Assembly: GCA_002269645.1 (NCBI GenBank) | Contig: NIVC01001839.1 | Coordinates: 259,462 to 323,461, forward strand | Direction: 5' to 3' | DNA length: 64,000 bases | Source of the DNA: Macrostomum lignano | Lineage: Eukaryota | Shown here: in pieces, positions 1 through 10,799 of the stretch | Layout: every line of letters begins with the position of its first letter | How positions within the stretch are numbered: the stretch's first letter is position 1 | Position numbers and translations under genes: made by a program | The notes under the pieces: model-generated | Database searches by the model: none | What the model saw: the letters and a program-made list of their open reading frames with translations, nothing else | Told to the model about the DNA's origin: nothing

Positions 1-266
1 CTGTCTGCCTGACTGTCTGTCTGCCCGCCTGTCTGCCTGTCTGTGTGTGTCTGTCGGTCTGTCTGTCTATCTGCCTGTCTGTCTGTCTGCCTCTGTCTGT
101 CTGCCTCTGTCTGTCTGCCTGTCTGTGTGTGTCTGTCGGTCTGTCTGTCTGACTGTCTGCCTGTCTGTCTGCCCGCCTGTCTGTCTGTCTGTGTGTGTCT
201 GCCTGTCTGTCTGTCTTTATGCCCGTCTGTCTGCCTGTCTGTCTGTCTTAGTGGCTGTCTGTCTGT
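1..266. repeat. Degenerate (CTGT)n/(CTGC) microsatellite
   Basis: Continuous ctgt/ctgc/gtgt tetramers; gives spurious Cys/Leu/Ser/Val ORFs. Confidence 0.95.
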
Positions 267-905
267 ATTTTTATATCGGAGCCTATCATATATTTACTAT
301 TTTACGCTGTCTCCAAGTATCATAAAGCAAGTTCGGGCCGCCAGCCACACCGAATAATGAATAAATTTTGTTATCTTGTCTAGTCAGACATATGTTGAAA
401 CATTTATCCTATTGGCCGTTGGTATTTCGCGATGACCTAAAAAAGAGCTATAAAAACTCAATGACTATAATAAATTCACTAAGTGCCCCATCGGGACATC
501 CCATGCCTTTCAAAGCTGGGTATATTTGCCAATGCAACGCTATGCAATTCTCAAAGCAATATGCGCTATCAGGTTAAGACTGTGTGCCAAGCTGGATTTC
601 AGATTTAGGCCTTATCATAAGCGCTTATTTACATCACTTCGAGCATTTATAGTGCGACCTTGCTGAATTGCTGACGTCAATGCAGCTTGATCTTCCCGTG
701 GTTTGCTGTGTTGCTTGCGGCTTCTGCAATGCTTAATGGAGATTTCAGATGGGGTTTAATTTAGCTCGTATTATTGTTAATTCGACTGCGTGTTTATCCG
801 ACTTTGCTGTCGGATTAGGCAAGAGGATTACGTGATTAGAATTCGTCAGTCACTGATTAACGCAGTAGTTCGCTTTTAGAATTTCACGCGTTTCCAGGCT
901 TGTCC

Positions 906-1598
906 GTGTCTTTGCATTCCTAATCTTAGTGTCTTTGCATTCCTGATCTTAGTGTCTTTGCATTCCTAATCTTAGTGTCTTTGCATTCCTGATCTTAGTG
1001 TCTTTGCATTCCTGATCTTAGTGTCTTTGCATTCCTGATCTTAGTGTCTTCATTCCTGATCTTAGTGTCTTTGCATTCCTGATCGTAGTGTCTTTTCATT
1101 CCTGATCTTAGTGTCTTTGCATTCCTGATCTTAGTGTCTTTGCATTCCTGATCTTAGTGTCTTTGCATTCCTAATCTTAGTGTCTTTGCATTCCTGATCT
1201 TAGTGTCTTTGCATTCCTGATCTTAGTGTCTTTGCATTCCTGATCTTAGTGTCTTTGCATTCCTGATCTTAGTGTCTTTGCATTCCTGATCTTAGTGAGT
1301 TTCTAATATTAGAGTCTTAGATATTAGATCTTTGAGTTTCTAATATTAGTGTCTTTACATTCCTAATCTTAGTGTCTTTACATTCCTAATCTTAGTGTCT
1401 TTACATTCCTAATCTTAGTGTCTTTACATTCCTAATCTTAGGGTCTTTTCATTCCTGATCCTAGTGTCTTTACATTCCTAATCTTAGTGAGTTTCTAATA
1501 TTAGAGTCTTAGAAATTAGATCCTTGAGTTTCTAATATTAGTGTCTTTGCATTCCTGATCTTAGTGTCTTTGCATTCCTGATCTTAGTGTCTTTGCAT
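906..1598. repeat. 23-bp minisatellite (tcttagtgtctttgcattcctga)n
   Basis: About 25-30 units read directly, interrupted twice by a variant block gagtttctaatattagagtcttag. Confidence 0.95.
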
Positions 1599-2145
1599 TT
1601 CTCAAGCATCAGCAAGCAAAGTCCTCAGCATCTTTGCAATCAAGAGATTACCAGCATTTTCTTTAGTAAGTTGTTAATTCAGCTGGATTTAATTTGCAGT
1701 CCTGTTGCCATCATTGCACACTCCAGTTTGTGCAAATTGTTTGGCATAAATTGGCTGCATACAGGTGAATCGGTCAATCAATCCATCAATGGATGCATAA
1801 AATGTCCCCCTGCACGGGATTAAAACAGGAACATTTGAGCAAGGAACCACCCTGTTTAATCGGTCAACAATATGCCAAATTCATTGATTATGCAGAGCGC
1901 TGCCATGCGGTAGGGGAGCTCTTGCTCGTATGATTTTTGAGCAATCGTTTTTCCGATGGACGGATGATTGGGAGCAGGGATAAGCAATGTCTGGTTGTGC
2001 GGTCCAGCGCTTATTTTATAATTGGCTCTGCTTGACGTGAATTCTTTTTTTACTTTCTGATAAAACACTGCAGACATAATTGCTAATTCTCTAATTGCAG
2101 TGTTGACAAAAAGTGGGTGGATTATGATTGATTCCGTGTGTTGAC

Positions 2146-2233
2146 AGATAGATAGATAGGTAGATAGATAGATAGATAGATAGATAGATGGATAGATAGA
2201 TAGACACACATGTAGACAGACAGAAAGACAGGC

Positions 2234-2268
<35 letters not shown>

Positions 2269-2500
2269 AAGATAGACAGGCAGACAGACAGACAGAAAGA
2301 TAGAGACAGGCAGACAGACAGCCAGACAGACAGACAGAAAGATAGACAGACAGACAGACAGACAGAAAGATAGACAGGCAGACAGACAGACAGACAGAAG
2401 GATATACAGACAGACGGACAGACAGACAGACAGACAGAAGGATAGACAGGCAGACAGACAGACAGACAGACAGAAGGATAGACAGGCAGACAGACAGACA
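2146..2500. repeat. Compound (GATA)n then (GACA/GGCA)n microsatellite
   Basis: Direct reading of tetramers. Confidence 0.95.
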
Positions 2501-3039
2501 AGATATATGCATTCATGCATACAGATAGCTCATATTTCTCTAGTTGAAAGCAATTTGCCAATAGAAAATGGTAATTCTTAACAAGTGCAGGCAATTTGCT
2601 CAAGTGCCAAGGGGCAAATTGGCAGGTGCAAGCAGCAGTCTGCCTTCCCACACTTGTACGTGCGTGCCGCGCCAATGTTGCTGGGAGCGGAGCTGAGCAT
2701 GATCGTGCTAGCAACTGGGAGAGCCCATGGGTTGGAGCTGCGGATATTTGAAGTTTGTTCAGCTTTTGCGCCGCGCCTTTGTCCTGCAAACACGGCCTCT
2801 GGCATGAGGGCCAGTTCTTGTGCTCAGCTGAATTTGAAAAAGAAGAAAAATGAATGAAAGAAAGTTTGTTGCCACTGGAGCGCGCTCAGTTTTTAGCGTT
2901 TTCTCAGGTCAGTCAGAAGAATTCCTTCTTTGGGATCGATTTTTGTCAATATCTTTGCCACGAACTGCTCAAGTGGCAACAGAAGGACGCACGCTTGCAA
3001 ATCTTCTCGAAAGAGATACACTGATTAAAGATCAAAGTC

Positions 3040-3230
3040 TGACTTTGTGTCTGTCTCTGTCATTTTGTCTGTGTGTCTTTGTTTCCTTGTATGTGTCTTT
3101 GTGTCTGTCTGTCGTCTGACTGTGCGTCTGTCTTCCTTTTTGTTTGTCTTTTGTCTTTGTGTTTGTCTTTTTGTCTGTGTGTCTTTGTATCGGTCTTTGT
3201 GTCAGCCTTTGTGTCCCTGTGTGTATGTGT
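3040..3230. repeat. TG/TC low-complexity tract
   Basis: Degenerate tgtc/tgtg/tttg units. Confidence 0.8.
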
Positions 3231-4278
3231 GCCTAATTGTTAATTCCTGTCATTGTAAAGATTTCTTTCACTGTGATTTCTTTGAAATAAAATACTTGTA
3301 AAATAACCTTCAACAAACGAAATTCACTTAATTGTAGTTTAGAATTTTATACTTCTGCAGAAATATTATAACCAGAGTAGACTTTCTCAAGCAACCTTTG
3401 TTCCGATTATTTAGGCGTGGAACTACTGATTAAAAATAAAAAAAATGTTTAATATGGTTAAGTGATCGCTAATAGTTGCGACAGCAGAGCAAGTATATGC
3501 AAACATGCAGTTGGAGCAACTACATAAGTTTGGTTACGGTGTCGAACATTAAGTAAACTATAGCATAAGTTGAAACTAGTAGACATTGTGCCAATATGAA
3601 ACAGTTAGCTTTCGAAGCAAAGCCAAGGGTAAATCAATTTAGTAATTATGGCTGATGGCTTTTCTGACAGTGCTTTGACCCCTTGCTGGAGTGGGTGAAA
3701 AGTCAGCGCTGTGATGAGAAACACTCATAGCTGGAACTAAAACAGCTCACAGCTATTGGGGTTGCAAATTAACTCGAGTGGAATTAATTAGCCTAATTTA
3801 TCCATGCCAAGCCGACTTACAATCGGAAACTGCATTTGACAGCGAAAATGCTGGCGTATATGGATTGAGGCTGCATGGTAGGCATATAGCTGTGAACTGT
3901 ATTTACAGCCAACTTCAAGGGTTGCCTCGCCCCATAGAGACAGAAACCCTGGCTTGACAACGCCAGTTTTCTTCCGGTCTCTGGGGGAGGGGGAACAAAT
4001 CCCACTATGCCACGGCCTCCATTGTGTGTCAGTTGGCACATTTCCGTATTGAATCAGAACACTGCACTCTTCATTAGTCACTCTACCTACGGAGCAAGCG
4101 ATGTCGTAGAGGTGAAATAAACATTAATATTTTACCGATGATGTTACAAATATCTCAAGTTCAGGGTTTACATTAACTGTCTAAAATTGACAGGAGTTAT
4201 GCGCCTTGATATGAGTAAAACTTGTTGAGTTAGTTAAAATTGAAGAAACTATCAGATCAGCGTGTGTCGGTGGAGCTC

Positions 4279-6279
4279 TCAGATGAGGGTCTCCCTCGTT
4301 GTGTCCGCGGCCGCTGCCTGCCAGCTGGCAGCCGAGTCGCTTTCATATCCAGCTTCTCTTCTTCCTCTTTGAAGCAGCTGCTGTTGCTGCCGCTGCTGCT
4401 GCTGTTGCAGCTTCAGCTGTTGCAGAATTCTCGGACGAACCGCCTGCTTCTGGACGGCCGCGGCTGCGGCGGCTGCCTTCGAGGCCGGCCGAAGAAACGT
4501 CGACGGGCTCGACTCCAGGCGGACAATCTCCGGCGGCGACGGTGGCGACGGCTGGCGCCAGGCCGACATCGGCGCCGGCGGCGTTAGCGGCGGAGTCAGC
4601 AGCGGTGGAGGCGGAGGCGTTGGAGGCGGCGGCGACAGGCGACGAACTTCGGGTCGATGACGAGGACAAGAGCCCCGGCCGCTGGTTGGAGCAGGTCGAC
4701 GACGAGGCTGATGATGCCTCTGCTGATGCTGCTGATGCTGCACCAGCTGTCGCTGCTGTTGAATCTCTTTACGTCGTCGTTTCGTCATCTTTGAGATGTC
4801 AACGCTATCGGCAGCTGCCTCGTCAGACGAATCGGCATTCACCCCGGATGTGGCAGCGGTTGTCGCAACGCTGGCGCTGTCGTCGTCGCAGTAGTCGACG
4901 CGAGCCTTCTGCAGGCTGGCCCGCTGCTTCTGGCTGGCGATGCGCAGCAGGATGATGTCGCACAGCATGGAGGACAGGCCGAACAGGGCCAGGCCGCTGC
5001 CCAGGTTCATCGACAGGCTGTAGAAATCGAAGCGGCCGCCCTCGCCAGACACGGACACGAAGATCTTGATGCCGTAGGCGTGCACCAGCATTCGGCGGTC
5101 TTCGCCCTCGCTGCGGTAGTTGTAGGCGTACTGCACCGAGAAGCCATGCGTGTCGGTGCCTCGCCCGGTGTCCAACTCGCGGAAGTGGTACTTCGGAAGG
5201 CAGCGCTCGTCAGGCAAGTCGAAGTTGCACATCCAGGAGATGTCAACTCCGATAGCTCCGCCAACTCTGTAGATGTCCTCGGCCGATTTGGCGTCGCCTG
5301 TGGCGTAGTGAAGAATGTCGCCCAGCCGGAACACGGGGCAATAAGTGAAGTTGGGATGCTGCTGCTCGTACAGGCAGTTGTGCAGGTAGTCGCTGGTCAT
5401 CCAATCCAAAATGTTTCGCCGCTTTTTGTTGAACGCTCGAAAGTCGACGCTGTTTTTGAGTAGAATGGTGAAGTCTCTGGCTCGGGTGAGCACAGATTGG
5501 CCTGGCAGCTGGAAATTGTCCTCCATGAGCAGCGGGCACCAGCCGTACGACATGCAGGTGTGCGTACTGCTGTTGCACTTGCCCGTGCGCCGCCCGTATT
5601 CGCCGATGGTTCCGCCGGCGCAGTCGCTGTCCCAGTAGCAGTGTCCGGCCCTCTCTGGACAAGCCGACATCGACTGGCGATCGGTGACGCGAGCGTTAGT
5701 CGTGATGAAAATGGCGCCGTTCATGATCGGGGGAATGATGTAGTCCGCAGCGTCCCAGACCCTCGCTCCGTTGTCCCAGTCGTCGCTTTTGTTAACAAAA
5801 TCCAAACCCTTCACTTTGAAGACAACGCCGCCCTCTGGAGTCTCCTTGGCCTGGTAGCCTTTCTTGTGCCAGATGATGTAGAACAGGAAGTACACAATCA
5901 CAGACAGCTGGACGCTGCGATAAAACAAGCCAAACTTAATGCTTCGGATCACCACCACTTTTTGCAGCTTGTATTCAAAGAAGCCGGCCAGAATTTTGTG
6001 AAGAAACTGCGGTCCCGGGCGACTCGTGCGGGCCTGCGACGGCTGCTTCTCGTGCTCCATGACTGGTTTAGCGTTGGCCTTAGTCTGTCGGGATTGACTC
6101 AACGTTGGGCGAGGCGATTTCGGGTATTTTATTATCCCTTTGGGCCAATCGGAACCCATCAAGCTTTCATTGGCTGATACTGGGGAATTAGCCAACCTAC
6201 CCTTGTAGTCCAGAGTCGAGTGTGGAAGTGGCATGAGAACCAACAGAGGAGGAGAAGCTGAGAGCTTCTGCAGACGCAT
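4279..6279 (-). CDS. P2X: P2X purinoceptor-family cation channel, intronless, with long low-complexity C-terminal tail
   Basis: Family motifs: FFEYKLQKVVVIRS, TM1 followed by KKGYQ, FKVKG, WDAADY, ten ectodomain Cys, DFTILLKN, YCPVFRLGDI, GGAIGVDISWMC, CLPKYHFRELD, AYGIKIFVSVSGEGGRF, GSGLALFG...CDIILL (TM2). First in-frame ATG is at 6279; downstream ATGs at 6159 and 6060 are equally plausible starts. Confidence 0.95.
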   Translation of the reverse strand: MRLQKLSASPPLLVLMPLPHSTLDYKGRLANSPVSANESLMGSDWPKGIIKYPKSPRPTLSQSRQTKANAKPVMEHEKQPSQARTSRPGPQFLHKILAGFFEYKLQKVVVIRSIKFGLFYRSVQLSVIVYFLFYIIWHKKGYQAKETPEGGVVFKVKGLDFVNKSDDWDNGARVWDAADYIIPPIMNGAIFITTNARVTDRQSMSACPERAGHCYWDSDCAGGTIGEYGRRTGKCNSSTHTCMSYGWCPLLMEDNFQLPGQSVLTRARDFTILLKNSVDFRAFNKKRRNILDWMTSDYLHNCLYEQQHPNFTYCPVFRLGDILHYATGDAKSAEDIYRVGGAIGVDISWMCNFDLPDERCLPKYHFRELDTGRGTDTHGFSVQYAYNYRSEGEDRRMLVHAYGIKIFVSVSGEGGRFDFYSLSMNLGSGLALFGLSSMLCDIILLRIASQKQRASLQKARVDYCDDDSASVATTAATSGVNADSSDEAAADSVDISKMTKRRRKEIQQQRQLVQHQQHQQRHHQPRRRPAPTSGRGSCPRHRPEVRRLSPPPPTPPPPPLLTPPLTPPAPMSAWRQPSPPSPPEIVRLESSPSTFLRPASKAAAAAAAVQKQAVRPRILQQLKLQQQQQRQQQQLLQRGRREAGYESDSAASWQAAAADTTRETLI

Positions 6280-7139
6280 CCGTTTAATACGAGCTACGGC
6301 ATCTGCTATTGACAGATTGACAGATTGAAGTATCTCGCTAAAGAACAAAACTCAAATTTTAAATGACGGAAACGCAAGTCAATCAATAATCGCAGTGCTC
6401 AATCGGTAAACAGTTTATTGACAAATAAAATCATTAAAATATTAATGAATTTGTTTTACTGGTTGACTATTGACCATATATAAGGCTCTAATTACATGTA
6501 ACTACCGAGTTTACGTCCAATTCGCACGAGTTTTATTCAGATTCCTGTAGTCTAGTCAATATTGAAGCATTGATGGTAGACTTAGCTGGATAAAGTATGA
6601 ATAGAATAAAATATCTGGCAAGCTTGAAACCAACGGCAAGTTTTACTAGCTAGTATTATTAAAGATAAAAACTAATCAGACGTAAATTGAAAGTATTGAC
6701 ATCCTCGATATGCTCAATAAATAGGAGTTAGCTGTTAAATACCGTAATGTCTTTGATACTCACAATAGCTTTCCTTGCAATAGCATCGAAAAATAAATTA
6801 TCGATCTTGTTAGCTAACAAGCTATGTCACAAATTATTTAACTCTAATGCTGTTTAAAAATTATTCGAGAAAAGCTCTCCACGCAAAATCGTCAGAAAAC
6901 ATTAAAGCTCGTGTTTTAATCGACCCGACGGAATGAATAAAGAAACTTGCCAAGTTATTTTGATGTTTCCGCGGACGAGCTTATATAACTGGTTTTCTGC
7001 AGGCGTGGTGAGCAGATTATACATGTACTTATTTTTTATGGCAAAAACCAAATAGAAAATATCCTTTAATCAAGTTATAAGCGAAAAAAAGTTCTTCTTC
7101 GACGGATCTAGCTCTTATTCAAAGGGTTTTTCATACGTC

Positions 7140-8550
7140 TCAACGGTCGTCCTTTTCAAGACTCTTAGCGGCAACTCGACCAATTGCTTCTTGCAGAAGC
7201 AGAGCTCCGGTGCGAATGACCGATCGAGCTGACCGCTTCCGGTTAGCGCCTTCGCCAAGATTGCAGGACTTTCGCTCGCAATCCACCGGTAGCATCTTCG
7301 ACAGCTTGTTCGACTTGAGCGCATCGTCAAGCCTTGGCTTCCTGGGAACTGTGGCGCTTGTTGAACGGCTTCCTCCGCCGGTTTTGATCGACTCGGTGTC
7401 CAGAATTAACGAAACAACTTGAACACCGCCAACTTCGGCCAAGAACATCTGCATAAATGCAGTAATAAATCAGCAAAAATGTTTTTGGTGACCAGATACT
7501 GCTAGCTACGTGTCTGGGTCTTTTCAGAATAAGGATTCCAACTTTTCAAACTGTTCCAAGGTTCATGGAGGAAAGAAGGGGCAGAATACAGCTCTGCGAA
7601 ATTAGAGGTTTGTGCCAAAAAAATCTGTGGTAAATGGCCTGCACGTAAAAGGTCTAAAGAAACGTTCAAATCTTCATCAAATTAATCCGGCTTTTGTGTG
7701 ATAACGCAGCTTGTGCAAATCGCGTGATTTGATAGCTCAATTGACGACAGTATCCTCAGAATAAGCATGGCCTACTTACCTGGTAGGTGCCCTCGCCAAC
7801 TTTTCGTACCAATCGTACGCGTCTTCCCCGGCTGTCTTTAGCAAACTCGGCCTTGTTCTTCTCTTCGCCGCCCGGTTCGTCAACAGCAGCAGCGATGGAT
7901 CGCCTGAGCAGAGCGCCTGAACGTTGGCGCTTTTCAGGCGACGTAGCGTAATAGGCAATCAGATCGACTACGGTTTTGAATCGGCGGTTCGAGTACAGGT
8001 AGTAACCAGCCGGGCTCTCCCTGACCAGGTAGTGCTTCACCCTAGAGGACTCTTGCTTCGTCAGCTGGCCCTCTACCACGGAGGCGCTTCGCCGAGCTCG
8101 GAAGAGACGGGACACCAGCGCAGCCACGGAGGAGTTACGCACTCCGTCGGCCCCGTCACGTCGCCTCGAAGAGTTCACTTCTTTTAGTACGCTGATAGCG
8201 TACCTTTCGCGACGGCTGTGACAGGGCCTGAGCAGGTAAGTTCCACCCTGCCTGTCGCCGCTAAGCAGCAGCTTGTTGGCCTCCTGTCTGGTGCAGTTCA
8301 CCCAACAGTCGAGACTTTCCACTTGTCTATAAATCGACTCTTCGCTCTTGATTGTAGCGATGGTTGAAACCGGAGTTGAAGAGTCTCTTGGCGGCAGGGC
8401 CGGTGGTGGCGGCGACTCTTGACGACGTTTCTGCAGCGCGTCGCTCCGTCTGCGAAGTTGAACCGTGTTGTTGCCGGTGTCCGAGTTTTCCACCGCCATC
8501 ATTGAAGGTGGACGGGGTGGCAGTTCCGGAGGTTCGCTTGAGTTTACCAT
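7140..8550 (-). CDS. SH2-domain protein with N-terminal PxxPxR motifs and a C-terminal kinase N-lobe-like relic (2 exons: 8550-7780, 7448-7140)
   Basis: SH2 motifs WVNCTRQEA, GTYLLRP, VKHY, FKTVVDLIAYY. PPELPPRPP and PPPPALPPR. Donor CAG|GTAAGT (intron starts 7779) and acceptor ttatgcag|ATG (exon starts 7448) join in phase 0 to the open frame ending at 7140. Confidence 0.75.
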
Positions 8551-9164
8551 AGCTAATAGACTGCTTGACGAAGTTTACTAGGAATTCGCTTTCGCTGCGA
8601 CCAAAAACGCGATCAAACTGCGGTGGAATATAAACAAAAAATTAACTAGCTGATCTACGAGCTATAAGATTCTACAGCATTAAAGCTAAATAGTTTTTAG
8701 GGTGGTAAGCCGTGTTAAAAATCATTTGACTTCATATTTGCATTACAGTTAGGCGCAGTCGAATCCTGTTTACATTTTGGTGGTCGCTTCAAATTTGGTG
8801 GGCACAAATCTGGATGGCTTTAAAGTTCAGCATTTCAGCGCATGAGCCTAGTTATTGGAGGTGAAGTTTCACTATAGCTTTTCCGCTAGCTGACAGGATA
8901 TACAAGCAAACTGAGAGTGTAGAAACTATTAGTTAGTTATAAGTGTCTGTTACAGAATCTTCCAACTGCATTGGCATAAGCAGCATCAGTGAAAATTAAA
9001 ACCATCGGATTCAGTTAGAACTTGTTTATGCTGCCTTTGATTCTAAACAGCTGTCAGCTGAGACAGCTAGTGTGCTTTCTGCAAATAAATATAATTAATC
9101 AATTCGAGTGCATACGTGTACCTAGATGCATTAAAACAGTGTAGACCGAAGTAGGGACAGGGTA

Positions 9165-9835
9165 GGTAGATGCATGGAAATCGGCAGATAGAGGCATGGA
9201 AATCGGCAGATAGAGGCATGGAGATTTGCAGGTAGATGCATGGAAATCGGCAGATAGAGGCATGGAAATCGGCAGATAGAGGCATGGAGATTTGCAGGTA
9301 GATGCATGGAAATCGGCAGATAGAGGCATGGAAATCGGCAGATAGAGGCATGGAGATTTGCAGGTGGTTGCATGGAAATCGGCAGATAGATGCATGGAAA
9401 TCGGCAGATAGAGGCATGGAGATTTGCATGTAGATGCATGGAAATCCGCAGATAGAGGCATGGAGATTTGCAGGTAGATGCATGGAAATCGGCAGATAGA
9501 GGCATGGAAATCGGCAGATAGAGGCATGGAGATTTGCAGGTAGATGCATGGAAATCGGCAGATAGAGGCATGGAGATTTGCAGGTAGATGCATGGAAATC
9601 GGCAGATAGAGGCATGGAAATCGGCAGATAGAGGCATGGAGATTTGCAGGTAGATGCATGGAAATCGGCAGATAGAGGCATGGAGATTTGCAGGTAGATG
9701 CATGGAAATCGGCAGATAGAGGCATGGAAATCGGTAGATAGATGCATGGAGATCGGCAGATAGATGCATGGAGATCGGCAGATAGATGCATAGATATCGG
9801 TAAATAGATGTATGGACATCGGCAGATAGATGCTG
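9165..9835. repeat. 22-bp minisatellite with two variants (A gcatggaaatcggcagatagag, B gcatggagatttgcaggtagat)
   Basis: About 30 units arranged as AAB and AB blocks. Confidence 0.95.
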
Positions 9836-10482
9836 TAGAGCCGGAGATCTGCCAAGCAGGCAACAAAGCAGTCTTGCTACTTTACTACTCAAGCTCAGTT
9901 TCAATGGCTATAAATATAATAAATTATAGCTCAACAGACCAATGCACATTAAATTTCTTTCCATCACAAGCAAACACTGCCCAGTACTGGCTCTGGAGCA
10001 AACACACGTGGGTGATTAATTACTTGGAATTCTGGATGAGCCCCGCGCCGTCAGAAGCCGGTTTGAGCGCACACGCACACCTCTTTCTTAATTCTTCTCT
10101 TCTATCCACTCTCGTAGTTCGCAAACTAACACAGGACCCTATTTTTAAGTCGACTGAAAAAATTTCTAACTTGCCTTGGTCATAAATAATTATATTCGGT
10201 TTTGTTGTTTAATTCGAGTCTACAATCCAGATTGTAGCCAACTGAGCCTTCTTCATACAACGATGGACTCCGTAAGACCGAAGTCTAATGACACCTGGCA
10301 GCAATCAAAGTCCGGCCAATTTCAGCAAAGGAGGAGAAGAGTTAGGTAATTTTCGGGAATTTTTCAGAACCAAGTTTTTCTACACTAATTATACTACTAT
10401 CGTGATTTCGGAGACAGTAGTGAATGGAAATCCAGTTTGATATAAAGCCACATGAAATAAACTCATTCCAGACATTTTATCC

Positions 10483-10650
10483 TGTTGTAGCCTAGTGGTT
10501 AGGGCGTCGGACTCACTACTGAAAGGTTGGGGGTTCGATTCTCGAACCACCCGGAGCAATTTGTGTCCTTGAGCAAGACACTTAACTCTGCATTGCTTCA
10601 GTTCACCCAGCTGTAAAATGGGTGCCAGCATTAGCTGGGGTTAATTGAAG
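10483..10650 (+). mobile_element. tRNA-derived SINE with CORE (MIR-like) central domain
   Basis: A box tagcctagtgg (~10488), B box ggttcgattc (~10532), then tgtgtccttgagcaagacacttaactctgcattgcttcagttcacccagctgtaaaatggg, which aligns by eye to the MIR/CORE consensus tgtgaccttgggcaagtcacttaacctctctgagcctcagtttcctcatctgtaaaatggg. 3' end uncertain. Confidence 0.75.
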
Positions 10651-10799
10651 GTGTGTGTGGCAACCTCCCAGTCCTTGCACTGAGCCTTCAGATGCGCCGC
10701 GCAATAGCTGCGGCTGAGCTGTCGGTTGCACATCTGCCCATTGGACGGTAGTTAATCAGTTATCACTGTTATTAATTATTCTTTTGCTTAAATTTACAG

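Noticed and set aside
4240-6177. Overlapping and antisense ORFs over the P2X gene (and similar ones over the lipase, GNAT, mariner and 61278-62033)
   Set aside because: Shadow frames of GC-rich coding sequence with no recognisable motifs.
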